Positions 42,346 through 53,308 of a stretch of DNA of 64,000 bases are shown piece by piece. The notes below the pieces were generated by a model, which saw nothing but the letters and a program-made list of their open reading frames with translations, did not search any database and was not told where the DNA came from. Source of the DNA: a bacterium (GTDB lineage: Bacteria; Zhuqueibacterota; Zhuqueibacteria; Residuimicrobiales; Krinioviventaceae). Each line of letters starts with the position of its first letter. Position 1 is the stretch's first letter. The stretch lies in contig CAXXFV010000014.1 in NCBI GenBank assembly GCA_963674595.2, positions 1 through 64,000 of the forward strand. Direction: 5' to 3'. Both the position numbers and the translations under genes were made by a program.

Positions 42346-45339
42346 ATGAAAATAAAACTAATTATATTGTCATTTATATTAATGCCGCTTTTGGGGTTTT
42401 CAGCCCAAAATTCAAACGAAGAACAGGACTTTTTTATTGCCAAAGGAATGTTCAGCGACCAATTGTATGATCTGGCGGCTACCCAATTCAGTGATTATTT
42501 AAAAAAACACCCGTCAAGTCCTCACGCTGAAGAAGCACATTTTCTATTATCCGAATGCTATTTCCAATCGCAAAACTATGCCAAGGCTGTTTCTTCCTAT
42601 AGAGAACTATTGGTTAATTATCCGGCCGTAGGTTTAAGAGACAAAAGCCAGTTTCGTATCGGAGAAACATTGATACACCTGGGAAAATACCGCGAGGCGG
42701 TGTCTGAATTTGAAACGTTTTTTAAATTATATGATGATAGTCCGTTAAATACAGACGCCCATTATTGGTATGCCGAAGCCCTCTATCACCTGGGTGAGAA
42801 TGATAAAGCGCTTGAGAATTATACACTGGTTTATAAAAACGCACCAAATAGTGCCCTGGCAGACTATGCCTATTATTCATCGGCCTATTTATATGAAAAA
42901 GCAAAAAAGTGGGACAAAGCCCTTTCAATATACAAAGAATTATTAAAAACCAAACCAAACAGTCCGCTTGTTGCACAGGCTTCCTACCGGATTGGTTTTA
43001 CAAGTTTTGGACAAGGAAATTATCAAAAGGCAACTCAATTATTATCAAAAGCAATTCAACAATATCCAAAAAGCGACCTGCGTGGTGAAGCACAATATTT
43101 TATCGGCGAATGTTTTTTTAAAGAAAATAATCTTGATAAAGCTATTCAAGCCTATCAAATTATTGCCAATATGGCCGGGCATGAATATGCTGATGACGCG
43201 CAATACAGCACCGGCTGGGTGTTATACAAACAGCAAAAATATCTTCAAGCCGCTGATGCTTTTAAAAAAGTACTGACACTCAGTTCGGACGAAAATCTAC
43301 TGGCATCATCATGTTTTCAAACCGGACGAAACCTGGTTCTCGCTAATAAAATTGACGAGGCAGCCCGCTATTTTAAAACAGTCATAGAAAAATATCCGGA
43401 TTCTCAGGACACACCAAATGCGTTATTTGAATATGCTTCTTTGCTGTTTCGTTTAAAAAATTATGCAGAATCCCGAACATATTTTATGACAATTGTAGAT
43501 AAATATAATAATGCGGCTGTTGCAGCCGAGGCATCCCTGATGGTGGGTGAATGTTTTTTGGCTGAAAATAATTTAAAAGACGCGGAACTGGCTTTTGAAT
43601 ACACAAAAGAAAATTTTAAAAAACCAAAAATAACAGCAAACAGTGTTTACAAGCTTGGCTGGCTGCAATTCAAAAAAGCAGACTATGGCGTTGCATTAAC
43701 AAATTTTAAAACTGTTATAAATACAACATCGGAACACAATGATGATGCTTTGTTTTGGTCTGCTGAAACATATTACAGAACAGAAAACTATAAAAAAGCG
43801 TATGATCTTTATCTGGAATATACCCAAAAATACCCGGATTCCACACGAATTACCGAAGCCTATTATGGTTTGGGTTATGCCGCGTTAAAAATAAATGATT
43901 TTACACAGTCTGCCCTTGCATTCGGTAAAACGGCTGAACGAACGTCTGATGCCGAAGTTAAGGCCGATGCTGTAATTCGTGAAGGTGATGCCTGGTTTAA
44001 TGCCAAAGAATATACCAAAGCGATTCAGGCATATTCCACGCTTACATCCATAACAAATGACGTTAACTTGCTGGCAGAATCTCACTTTCAGATGGGCCAA
44101 TGTTATTCCCGGACTGGTGAATTGTCAAAAGCACGGTCTTTTTATGAAAAAGTTCTGCTTGATTTTCGAACATCTCCGCTTGCCCCGGAAGCATTATTTC
44201 AAAGCGGACGCACAGCTTTTAAAATGAATGATTACCAGGCCGCTATTGTGGACTTTGACGAATTATTACAACGATTTCCTGAAAATGAATTTGTTGATGA
44301 TGCTATATATGCAACCGGCGACTGCTATTACAATCAGGGAAAATATAATGAGGCGGTTGCCCAATATCAAAAGCTCATAAACGAACATCCAAACAGTGAG
44401 CTTGTAGACGAGGCTGTCACCGGCATGCAATGGGCCATGATGCAGGCAGGAGATTCGGACCAGGCGTTAAATGTTGTCGATTCCTATGTTAGTAAACTGG
44501 ATGATAAAGATAAAGCTGCACAGCTTATTGTCCGCAAAGCAGAATTTGCAAAAAATCTTGAGCAGTATAACCAGGCCATTGAACAATATAATACGGTTCT
44601 TTTAAAATATGCCGGCACAAAAGCCGCTAAAAATGCTTGTTTCGAAATCGGAAATTGTTATACAAGTCTGGGTGATTCAACGGCCGCCATCGGATCCTAT
44701 AACAGGCAATATCAAAATTTCCCAAAAGCAGAACGGACACCGGATGCTTTATTAAAGGCAGGAGATATTTATTTAAATCGTAAAGAGTATGACAAAGCAT
44801 TAGAAACCTTGAAAAAACTCACTAACGAATACCCAACACATGAGCTTGCCGGTACTGCTTTTGTTAAAATCGGACAGATTTATCACATCCAAAAAAATCC
44901 GGAACAAGCCCAATCCAGTTTTCAAAAAGTTATTCATGATTATCCAAAGAGTTTGGATGTCTATTCGGCAAAAATTGGTCTTGCCCGTGTTTATATCGAA
45001 CTGAAACGTTTTCCAAACGCACAGGAAATGCTGGAAAATGTTCTGGATAATGCTCCGAAAGAAACAGCGGCCGAAGCACAATTTCTTATGGGCGAAATGT
45101 ATCAGGGTCAGGATTCCTTGCAGGACGCTGTTGTCGCATATTTAAAAACAAAATATCTTTATAGCGATCAAACAAAATGGGTTGTTAACAGCATTTTTAA
45201 AGCTGCTGAATGTAATGAAAAACAGGGCAGACTCGCCGACGCACGCAGACTGTACCAATCCATATTAAAAGAATACCCGGCAGAAACAACCTTTGTTAAT
45301 CTGTCAAAAAAACGACTTGAAGAACTGGTTGGACAATAA
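42346..45339 (+). CDS. Large exported TPR-repeat protein (about 1000 aa, CpoB/BamD-like repeats)
   Basis: Signal peptide followed by continuous TPRs with recurring YPxS...A-x-Y/F-x-x-G pattern. Confidence 0.9.
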   Translation: MKIKLIILSFILMPLLGFSAQNSNEEQDFFIAKGMFSDQLYDLAATQFSDYLKKHPSSPHAEEAHFLLSECYFQSQNYAKAVSSYRELLVNYPAVGLRDKSQFRIGETLIHLGKYREAVSEFETFFKLYDDSPLNTDAHYWYAEALYHLGENDKALENYTLVYKNAPNSALADYAYYSSAYLYEKAKKWDKALSIYKELLKTKPNSPLVAQASYRIGFTSFGQGNYQKATQLLSKAIQQYPKSDLRGEAQYFIGECFFKENNLDKAIQAYQIIANMAGHEYADDAQYSTGWVLYKQQKYLQAADAFKKVLTLSSDENLLASSCFQTGRNLVLANKIDEAARYFKTVIEKYPDSQDTPNALFEYASLLFRLKNYAESRTYFMTIVDKYNNAAVAAEASLMVGECFLAENNLKDAELAFEYTKENFKKPKITANSVYKLGWLQFKKADYGVALTNFKTVINTTSEHNDDALFWSAETYYRTENYKKAYDLYLEYTQKYPDSTRITEAYYGLGYAALKINDFTQSALAFGKTAERTSDAEVKADAVIREGDAWFNAKEYTKAIQAYSTLTSITNDVNLLAESHFQMGQCYSRTGELSKARSFYEKVLLDFRTSPLAPEALFQSGRTAFKMNDYQAAIVDFDELLQRFPENEFVDDAIYATGDCYYNQGKYNEAVAQYQKLINEHPNSELVDEAVTGMQWAMMQAGDSDQALNVVDSYVSKLDDKDKAAQLIVRKAEFAKNLEQYNQAIEQYNTVLLKYAGTKAAKNACFEIGNCYTSLGDSTAAIGSYNRQYQNFPKAERTPDALLKAGDIYLNRKEYDKALETLKKLTNEYPTHELAGTAFVKIGQIYHIQKNPEQAQSSFQKVIHDYPKSLDVYSAKIGLARVYIELKRFPNAQEMLENVLDNAPKETAAEAQFLMGEMYQGQDSLQDAVVAYLKTKYLYSDQTKWVVNSIFKAAECNEKQGRLADARRLYQSILKEYPAETTFVNLSKKRLEELVGQ

Positions 45340-45370
45340 AAATTAGGTAAAAATGGATATACAGATAAAA

Positions 45371-47074
45371 ATGAAAAATACAATCATTTCCAGCATAATT
45401 TTATTTATGGCCGTATCAAACGTACCGGCCCAACAAAAAGCAACACCGCCGCCGACAAAAATTATTCTGCCATCGGATACGACAAAAGTTGCACCTGTGA
45501 AAAAAAAGCAAGCCAAGCAAGACCCTCAGCTTGAACTTCCTGATGTATTGATTCTTGGTAAAGACAAAACAGCCCGGGTTATCGACAGCAAGGGTGATCT
45601 GAAACCGGATTCACCAACGCTTATAACACCAGGATCACCTTACGAACCCCTGTCACAATGGTTTGACCAGGAAGCTGAAAAACCGGAATTAACACCCAAA
45701 TCTGCTCAAGTATTCAGAACAAGCTGGCTGTCACTTCAGGGTGGAGGTTATTCCACTGTTCTGGCTGATGCCGGTCACTGGCAAAACCTGAAAACCGGTG
45801 ATATTCGTTTCCGGGGCTGGTTTGACCGAAGCAGCGGACAACACACCAATTCTCAATACAGTAAAGGTGGAATGAATTTTAAAGCAAACCAAACCCTAAG
45901 TCCGGATTTGACCGGACGTATTTTTGCCGGTGTTGATTTGTTTTCATACGGATTATATCAAAATTTGAATTTTAAAAAAGCAGAGCGTAACGGTCACTTT
46001 TGGAACGTTGGCGGAGAATTGGAATATGGTGCTGATAAATTATCGAACGGTTTACTAAGTTTTCAACTTGGAAGCACCACCCTTGAAACAGACACCCTGC
46101 AAAACACCATAAAAAGTAATGACTTTTGGTACACGTTTACCGGCAACTATTCATTCTATACATCAGCAATCAAGTGGGACCTTGGCGGGAAATATCTCAG
46201 AGAATCATTCGACATGGAAACAGATTCAACAGAAACCAAAAACGCGTCCGGCGAAATTTCTGTTGAAACACTTTTTCCTTTTTCCCGGTCAATAACAGGT
46301 ATTGTCGGCGTCACCTATCAAAATGTGGACTCGGATTCTATTAATAAAAAATCACGCATTTCACCCAATGCACGGCTGAATTTTGTTTTGGGAAAGAACA
46401 TCGGATTAACGACCTCTTTATTTACCGGATATAAAGTTGAAACATTTTCCCAATATTTACAAAAAAATCCATTTATGGAACACCACATTCCATTTGTTCC
46501 GGATGAGACAAAATTGGGATTAAAATTTGAAACGACGTTTCAAATCAGCCCGGAATTAAAAGTGATCGGCAGTTTATCCAGATCATGGATGGAACAAATA
46601 AATTATTGGCAATACAATTCTCAAACAGGTTTACTGGCATTGAATCAGATCAATGATGTTGTTTTAACAGAGATATTGGTGGGCGGTGTATATAATCTTT
46701 CAAACAAAACAAGACTTGAAGCAAGCTTGATAAATTATACAGACAAACTTACAAATTCCGATTTTATGCCGAATTTTGAACGGCTTCCCTACTATCCGCA
46801 ATATCGCATCCCTGTCAGGGCCTCTATAGAACTTTTACCCGATTTTAATATTTCAGTAGAAGCGGACATAAACGGTGAACGCAAAAGCCGAATTAATTCA
46901 CAGGATACATTACCGGCTTATGCTTTACTGAATATTTCTGTAAGCAAAACATTTGAAAAACGTTTTACGGCCCTTTTTACAGCCCGAAATTTATTTGATG
47001 CTGATTATGTTTTATGGGAAAATTATCCGGAAACAGGAGTTCATGTTTTAGCAGGATTACGAGTAAAATTTTAG
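45371..47074 (+). CDS. TonB-dependent-receptor-like outer-membrane beta-barrel, short
   Basis: Signal peptide, TonB-box-like LPDVLILG, amphipathic strands, ARNLFDADY and terminal GLRVKF. Confidence 0.78.
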   Translation: MKNTIISSIILFMAVSNVPAQQKATPPPTKIILPSDTTKVAPVKKKQAKQDPQLELPDVLILGKDKTARVIDSKGDLKPDSPTLITPGSPYEPLSQWFDQEAEKPELTPKSAQVFRTSWLSLQGGGYSTVLADAGHWQNLKTGDIRFRGWFDRSSGQHTNSQYSKGGMNFKANQTLSPDLTGRIFAGVDLFSYGLYQNLNFKKAERNGHFWNVGGELEYGADKLSNGLLSFQLGSTTLETDTLQNTIKSNDFWYTFTGNYSFYTSAIKWDLGGKYLRESFDMETDSTETKNASGEISVETLFPFSRSITGIVGVTYQNVDSDSINKKSRISPNARLNFVLGKNIGLTTSLFTGYKVETFSQYLQKNPFMEHHIPFVPDETKLGLKFETTFQISPELKVIGSLSRSWMEQINYWQYNSQTGLLALNQINDVVLTEILVGGVYNLSNKTRLEASLINYTDKLTNSDFMPNFERLPYYPQYRIPVRASIELLPDFNISVEADINGERKSRINSQDTLPAYALLNISVSKTFEKRFTALFTARNLFDADYVLWENYPETGVHVLAGLRVKF

Positions 47075-47109
47075 CATAAAAATAATTTAAATTATTCAGG
47101 AGAAAATAC

Positions 47110-47739
47110 ATGTCGCTACCTCAGATTATTGTCAAAGGCGGAATTATGATGATTCCGATTGCTTTATGCTCTATTATCGCTTTGGCTATTCTCATTGAAA
47201 GACTTATTTCATTACGAAAAATTCAAATCAACGCCAGGACATTCGTGCTTCAGGTAAAAAATCTGCTACTGCGTGGAAAAATACAGGAAGCTATTTTATT
47301 ATGTAAAGAAACACCCGGACCCATTGCCGGAATTACAAAGGCAGGTTTATTAAAACACAACCGTTCACGTGAAGAGATTAAAGACGCTATTGAAGGCGCT
47401 GCAAAATCTGAAGTATTTTATCTGGAAAGATACCTCGGTATATTGGGAACAATTGCGGCGATTACCCCGCTGGTCGGATTTTTAGGAACGGTTACAGGAA
47501 TGATAAAGGCTTTTATGCAGGTACAGTCCCTGGGCGGCAATGTTGATGCATCCGTACTTGCCGGAGGTATATGGGAAGCGCTCATCACAACCGCCGCAGG
47601 TTTGAGCGTCGGTATTCCGGCGTTGATTATTTATAACTGGTTGCAGGCAAAGGTCGAACATCATGTTTTCCAAATGCAGGAAAGTTCAAACGATTTAATG
47701 GATATGTTGCTGGAGAAGGAGAGCAGTAATGAAAATTGA
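47110..47739 (+). CDS. exbB: ExbB/TolQ/MotA proton channel
   Basis: PLVGFLGTVTGMI, GIWEALITTAAGL. Confidence 0.93.
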   Translation: MSLPQIIVKGGIMMIPIALCSIIALAILIERLISLRKIQINARTFVLQVKNLLLRGKIQEAILLCKETPGPIAGITKAGLLKHNRSREEIKDAIEGAAKSEVFYLERYLGILGTIAAITPLVGFLGTVTGMIKAFMQVQSLGGNVDASVLAGGIWEALITTAAGLSVGIPALIIYNWLQAKVEHHVFQMQESSNDLMDMLLEKESSNEN

Positions 47740-48130
47740 AACAACCCGTAAACGTATGGTTGCTTTTTCTGCAATATCGCTGACCGATATTGTGCTGCTT
47801 CTTTTGATATTTTTTCTTTTGACATCATCGTTTGTTGTACAACCCGGCATAAAAATTAAGTTACCCAAAGCCGCTTCAGGGCAACAGGATGATTCGGACA
47901 AAATATTTCTGACGGTAAATCAGCATGAACAGATATTTTTAAACCAAAAACGAATCAGCCGGTCAGAGTTGAGCAGTGCTTTACGGCAATTGCTAAAGGA
48001 AAAACCGGATCGCCTGGTTGTGATACGTGCCGATAAAGATTTATCATTAGAATCGACCATACGAATAATCGATACAGCCAAATTGGCAGGTGCAGAACGT
48101 TTCATGATAGCTACCGAGTCCGAAATATAG
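47729..48130 (+). CDS. exbD: ExbD/TolR protein
   Basis: LTDIVLLLLIFF with conserved Asp, LPKA, IRADK. Confidence 0.93.
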   Translation: MKIETTRKRMVAFSAISLTDIVLLLLIFFLLTSSFVVQPGIKIKLPKAASGQQDDSDKIFLTVNQHEQIFLNQKRISRSELSSALRQLLKEKPDRLVVIRADKDLSLESTIRIIDTAKLAGAERFMIATESEI

Positions 48131-48139
48131 GAGAGTATC

Positions 48140-48946
48140 ATGGAAAAATTTTATGACATGTTTTCTGATATTCGGAAAACAATCCTGCTGTCAACAATCA
48201 TTCATATTCTGATATTACTGTTTTTCCTGCTCTTTCATGTTGGAATAAATTTTGAAACGTCGGAATTTTCTGAAATCAGTTTTGTCGCCTCAACATCAAC
48301 CCAGGTAACAGCTTCAAAACCGGAGATAGAAAAAACAAGCGCAGTTCAGCAAGAACCTGTTGCCGCCACACCGGCGCCTGAAAAGCCCGTACATGAATCC
48401 AAAGCAGAACCGGTAAACCTGCCGAAACGCAGGATGCTGGAAGATGATAAACCGGAAATAATCAACAGAACAACCGGTAAACTGACACCACAGGTACAAA
48501 ACGAACGAATACATACTCCGTCACAGGAATATGGTACGGATCGGGTCGTACAGCATCCGGGAGCATCTACCAGCGGAGAAAAATTATCAACAGGACCGTC
48601 AGACACACCACTACCGGGAACATCTTCCGGACCGGTTAGCGACATTGGCACTATTAACCAGGGCCAGCCCTTTACCATTGAAGGTGACGCAGCAAAACGT
48701 TCAATTCTCAAGCAGGTCATTCCCAAATATCCTGTGGGACTGCAAAAAGAAGCTGTCGTTAAAATTCGATTTACCGTATTGCCTGACGGTCGTGTAGGAC
48801 AAATGATTCCGGTACAAAAAGGCGACAGTGTATTGGATGAAATCACCATGAAATCTTTACAACAATGGCGGTTTAATCCCCTGTCCCCTTCTGCCGAACA
48901 AAAGAATGTGCAGGGAATTATTACATTTCGTTATGAGCTGGAATGA
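48140..48946 (+). CDS. tonB: Energy transducer TonB
   Basis: N-terminal TM with S-x3-H, Pro-rich linker, PKYP...F-x-V-x-x-DG-x-V...WRFNP TonB_C domain. Confidence 0.9.
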   Translation: MEKFYDMFSDIRKTILLSTIIHILILLFFLLFHVGINFETSEFSEISFVASTSTQVTASKPEIEKTSAVQQEPVAATPAPEKPVHESKAEPVNLPKRRMLEDDKPEIINRTTGKLTPQVQNERIHTPSQEYGTDRVVQHPGASTSGEKLSTGPSDTPLPGTSSGPVSDIGTINQGQPFTIEGDAAKRSILKQVIPKYPVGLQKEAVVKIRFTVLPDGRVGQMIPVQKGDSVLDEITMKSLQQWRFNPLSPSAEQKNVQGIITFRYELE

Positions 48947-48957
48947 TAGATATATTA

Positions 48958-50238
48958 TTAACGGGGGATTTCTTTTTTGTTTTTCAATGAAAATTTGATA
49001 ACCTGGGGTTTATGATCGGAAGCATCACTGTTTATGATTTGTGCATCGAGCACTTTAAAATCTTCCGAACTAAACACATGATCTATTCTTAAAAAGTCTA
49101 TAACAAAAGGCTTTAAATAACGGTGGACGCTGTTTCTAATATTTTGCTCTCCAAATGTCGTCCCAAGTCCCCAACCGGCCTTCGCATAGGCATTTTGCAT
49201 AAATGATGAAAAAAAATGGTAAACCTCACTGTTCGGAGTATCATTAAAATCACCACACAAAATAACCGGTTCCTTTAAATCATATATATATGCCCGGATT
49301 CTGGCCGCTTCTGCCAGGTGACGTAAATAACTGCGATGTATTTTAGACTTTAAATTTTTATCAGCCACCCCTTTGCGTACAAACTGAATCACATTATAGG
49401 CCCCATGAAAAAGATGGCAGTTTAAAACATGTACTTTTTTACCGTTTAATTCCAGCACAACATGATTAACGTTTGTATGCCCGCGCATATAATCTGTCTT
49501 AATATCAAAATTGTTCTTTTCCACGAATGGAAACCGTGATAAAATCACACCTCCCAGGTAATTTTCATATCGTTCCGACCATAATTGATAGGGATAAATG
49601 TCCGAAAGTTTTTCCCTTAACAGCTTTCGGTCACCGGTGTTTACCTCCTGAATACATACAATATCCGTCAATTGTTGACGCACCAGTTCAACGGCCTTTA
49701 AACGTTCTTCCGTTGACTGATCCACGCGTATATTATAACTCATAACCGTTAAACAATAATCGGTATTTTTGTGAAATTTTGGAAATATCTGAGCTCCATA
49801 ATTTATCGTAAAAAACAATAATGCTCCGGTAAATAACAGCACATGCAGCCGTGCCTTGTGCAGTTGAATAATATGAAAAATTAAAAACGCCAAATATGGA
49901 ATAACCAGATAAAACAGATATTTGAAATAAAAAACTAGATTCATACAACCAAAAACACAAATCAAAGCAGCAAAAAGAAACAGTCCGATTTTCAAAATTA
50001 AATATTTCGTAATGCGGCGTGCTAATCCAGCCAAATAAAAAGGCAGGAAAATACCAATTGGCAGCCAAATTATATCCTGAAATAAATTCGCAAAAATTTC
50101 AACAATCGGTTCTGCCGGAAAAAATATTTGACGAATATCGATATCCCACACCAATACTGCAAACACCAGCCATAACGACCAGCCTACAGAAGCGATGATA
50201 CGAAATATTTTTAAAAATTTTCTATAATAATCCTTCAA
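48958..50238 (-). CDS. Membrane-anchored endonuclease/exonuclease/phosphatase (EEP) family protein
   Basis: N-terminal TMs; MSYN, CIQE, GDFND, RIDH, SDH. Confidence 0.88.
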   Translation of the reverse strand: MKDYYRKFLKIFRIIASVGWSLWLVFAVLVWDIDIRQIFFPAEPIVEIFANLFQDIIWLPIGIFLPFYLAGLARRITKYLILKIGLFLFAALICVFGCMNLVFYFKYLFYLVIPYLAFLIFHIIQLHKARLHVLLFTGALLFFTINYGAQIFPKFHKNTDYCLTVMSYNIRVDQSTEERLKAVELVRQQLTDIVCIQEVNTGDRKLLREKLSDIYPYQLWSERYENYLGGVILSRFPFVEKNNFDIKTDYMRGHTNVNHVVLELNGKKVHVLNCHLFHGAYNVIQFVRKGVADKNLKSKIHRSYLRHLAEAARIRAYIYDLKEPVILCGDFNDTPNSEVYHFFSSFMQNAYAKAGWGLGTTFGEQNIRNSVHRYLKPFVIDFLRIDHVFSSEDFKVLDAQIINSDASDHKPQVIKFSLKNKKEIPR

Positions 50239-50271
50239 TCCGATTCACCAAAATAATTTATCCACATTAAT

Positions 50272-51414
50272 CTAGAGTGTAACAAGCCGTAAAAGTTGTG
50301 AGGCTGTTTGTTCAACCAGACTAAAACTGTTTTTCATTGCCCTGTCCAAATCCATTGGACCGGGACATATTGATAAACAAGCATGCAACCCAATTTTATT
50401 CATTTCATTCAAAGAAATATCCACAGAACCGGCCAAGGCAACAACAGGCACACCCTGTTTTCCGGCCCGTTCACACACACCTGCGATTGTTTTTCCAAAA
50501 ACGGTTTGCGAATCGATCTTTCCTTCTCCGGTGACAATTAAATCACAATCCTTAATTCGCTTATCAAAATGACAGGTATCCAAAACAATTTGAACGCCGG
50601 GTAAAAGTTGTGCGTTAAAAAAGGCCAATAACCCGCCTCCCAGTCCACCGGCAGCACCGGCACCGGGTATATCCTTGACCGGTCGTGTGTTTTGTGCCAG
50701 CTTGTCATGTATATGCTGCATATTTTTTTCCAACGTATCACAAATTTCCGGTGAGGCGCCTTTTTGAGGAGAATAGGTATAAACCGCACCTTTGGGCCCC
50801 AATAACGGATTATCAACATCGCAGGCAACCAGTATTTCACAACCTCGAAGTAATGGATGCACATCATCAAGGGAAACCGAATCAATCCGTCCCATTAATT
50901 CACCATTCATAAAATCTGTAATTTGTTTACCTGACTCGGTAAAAAACCGAACACCCAATGCTTGTGCCAAACCCGTCCCAAAATCGGTAGTAGCAGATCC
51001 GCCGATACCTAAAATTATTTTATTACATCCGCGCTCCAAAGCATCAACTATCAACTGGCCCGTACCATAGGTTGTCGTTTTCAAGGGGTTCCGTTGGCTC
51101 GTTGCAACCAATGCCAATCCGGACGCCTCAGCCATTTCAATAACGGCCGTTTTCCCGGTATCAATAAGGCCATATTCGGCGGTAACGGTTTTTCCCAACG
51201 GTCCGTAAACATCAATAGAAACCAGCTCACCGTTATCCGCAGCCACCATCGCTTTTACTGTCCCTTCTCCTCCATCGGCCAAAGGCAACTTTTCAAAAAT
51301 CAGGTTGTCATTTACCTTTTGCATTCCTTTTTCGATTGCATCACAAACCTGAATGGCGGACAAGCTTTCTTTAAAAGAATCCGGTGCAATTAAAATTTTA
51401 TTCACATTTATCAT
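50272..51414 (-). CDS. glxK: Glycerate kinase (GlxK/GarK family)
   Basis: APDSFKES, ADGGEGT, GIGGSAT, GAGAAGG, TGEG. Confidence 0.93.
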   Translation of the reverse strand: MINVNKILIAPDSFKESLSAIQVCDAIEKGMQKVNDNLIFEKLPLADGGEGTVKAMVAADNGELVSIDVYGPLGKTVTAEYGLIDTGKTAVIEMAEASGLALVATSQRNPLKTTTYGTGQLIVDALERGCNKIILGIGGSATTDFGTGLAQALGVRFFTESGKQITDFMNGELMGRIDSVSLDDVHPLLRGCEILVACDVDNPLLGPKGAVYTYSPQKGASPEICDTLEKNMQHIHDKLAQNTRPVKDIPGAGAAGGLGGGLLAFFNAQLLPGVQIVLDTCHFDKRIKDCDLIVTGEGKIDSQTVFGKTIAGVCERAGKQGVPVVALAGSVDISLNEMNKIGLHACLSICPGPMDLDRAMKNSFSLVEQTASQLLRLVTL

Positions 51415-51549
51415 AAAACCTCAAAAATACGCATAAATCTACAAATTTTTAAAACAATTTAAAAGAAGATAAGTTTATGTTTAATAAATTATTTTTCAAA
51501 TATAATATTACAAACCGACTTTAGGTTTTAAGTAGTTACAAATTTTTAT

Positions 51550-51578
51550 TTGCATGAATTTAAAAAAATATGTATTTT
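51550..51578 (+). promoter_or_regulatory. Putative sigma70 promoter of the polyamine operon
   Basis: TTGCAT-17 nt-TATTTT. Confidence 0.45.
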
Positions 51579-51667
51579 GAGTGCTTTTTTTTATAAATTA
51601 AAAACGACACATAAATTCAATGTGTACGTACTTTCCTTATTCATCATTAATATCTGGAGATAATGTA

Positions 51668-52225
51668 TTGAACAAGTTAGTACCAAAAAGAATGTTCTTT
51701 ACAAAGGGGGTTGGGTATCATCGAAACAAGCTGCAAAGTTTTGAGCTTGCTTTACGAAGTGCCGGAGTAGAAAAATGCAATCTGGTAACCGTGTCAAGTA
51801 TTTTTCCACCGGACTGCAAAATTATTTCCAAAGAACAAGGTTTTGAAGAGCTCAATGCCGGACAAATAACCTTTGTTGTTATGGCAAGAGAGTGTACAAA
51901 TGAACCAAATCGTTTAGCTGTAGCTTCCATCGGTTTGGCCCAACCTAAAAATTCAAAACAGTATGGTTATATCAGTGAACATCATGGTTTTGGTGAAACA
52001 ATGAAAAAAGCCGGTGACTTTGCTGAAGACCTTGCTGCCACCATGCTGGCTTCAACAATGGGTATTGAACTTGATGCTGATGTTGCCTGGGATGAACGTA
52101 AAAAGTTATACCAGGTTGACGCGAAAAACCAGTTCGTCAGCAGAAGTATTACCCAATCAGCAGAAGGACATAAAGACGGTCTTTGGACCACAGTTATTGC
52201 TCTGGCTGTCATGTTATTGGATTAG
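51668..52225 (+). CDS. pdaD: Pyruvoyl-dependent arginine decarboxylase
   Basis: [15 protein letters not shown] (Ser-Ser self-cleavage site), YGYISEH; GGAGA RBS before TTG. Confidence 0.92.
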   Translation: MNKLVPKRMFFTKGVGYHRNKLQSFELALRSAGVEKCNLVTVSSIFPPDCKIISKEQGFEELNAGQITFVVMARECTNEPNRLAVASIGLAQPKNSKQYGYISEHHGFGETMKKAGDFAEDLAATMLASTMGIELDADVAWDERKKLYQVDAKNQFVSRSITQSAEGHKDGLWTTVIALAVMLLD

Positions 52226-52234
52226 TTAAGAAAG

Positions 52235-53308
52235 TTGTATATGAATTCAGAATCGCTTTTTAATGGCTATCCTGACATAAATCCGCCTCTATTAACAAAG
52301 GGATTAGACATCCCTTCTTTAATAGAGCTGATGAGCAGGACGTGCTTTGAAGCCAGGAATGTAGCCAGAGGCGCATCCTTGTTTAAACAAATGGTCGACG
52401 ATAATGACACCATCTGGCTTGGTATAGCAGGTGCGGGAATAGCCGGAGGAATGGGGGGAATGATTATTTCCCTGTTAGAGGCCGGTTTTATTGACGTCAT
52501 TTGTTCAACAGGCGCTCAGGTTTATCATGACTTGCATTTTGCTTTTAATCTTCCGGTAAAAGCAATTAATCCGAATATGGACGATGATATATTACGTCAA
52601 CACGGTGATACACGAATTTTTGACATTGGAATTCGTGAAAAGGAAACACTCGAAGCTCAAGATGAAATCATCAGAAAGTTTGTTAAGGAACGATTTGATG
52701 TGCTTTCTACCGGTCATTTGGCAAGCTGGGAATTTAATTACCAGCTTGGTCAATGGACGCTTGAAAATGCACCGTATCCGGAAAAAAGTTTTGTGGCAAC
52801 AGCAGCAAAACTTAAAGTACCGATATTCTGGGATTCCCAATCCAATCATTCGATTGCCATGAATTTGGCTCGAACAGAAAAAGAAGGTTATCCCGTTTTT
52901 GTTTCCGGTCAAAAAGACATTATCGATTCAGCAGCAATATCTTTTAATGCCAGGCACACAGGATTTGTTGAACTCGGCGGCGGCGGACCAAAAAATTTCA
53001 TTCAACAAACCGGTCCGACAATCAGCCAGATACTCGGTATAGACTTTGAAGGAGCAGACCGAGGGCTGCAGATAGGTACGGCAGTTGAACGGGAAGGAAG
53101 TCTTTCAAGTTGTACATTCGGAGAAGCCGTTACCTGGGGGAAATACAAATGCGCTGCTCACGAAAAGCTGGTACAAATTTGGGGAGAATATAGCATCATT
53201 TTCCCGTTACTGGCGGCCTATGTTTTTGATAAATGTTCTGAGAGAAAACAAAAATCGGTTATTCAAAAAATGCCTGAATGGTTAAAAAATCTGGACCAGG
53301 CCAAATGA
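52235..53308 (+). CDS. Deoxyhypusine-synthase-like protein (homospermidine pathway)
   Basis: STGA, GGGGPKNF, GSLSSC, EAVTWGK with the catalytic Lys. Confidence 0.9.
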   Translation: MYMNSESLFNGYPDINPPLLTKGLDIPSLIELMSRTCFEARNVARGASLFKQMVDDNDTIWLGIAGAGIAGGMGGMIISLLEAGFIDVICSTGAQVYHDLHFAFNLPVKAINPNMDDDILRQHGDTRIFDIGIREKETLEAQDEIIRKFVKERFDVLSTGHLASWEFNYQLGQWTLENAPYPEKSFVATAAKLKVPIFWDSQSNHSIAMNLARTEKEGYPVFVSGQKDIIDSAAISFNARHTGFVELGGGGPKNFIQQTGPTISQILGIDFEGADRGLQIGTAVEREGSLSSCTFGEAVTWGKYKCAAHEKLVQIWGEYSIIFPLLAAYVFDKCSERKQKSVIQKMPEWLKNLDQAK

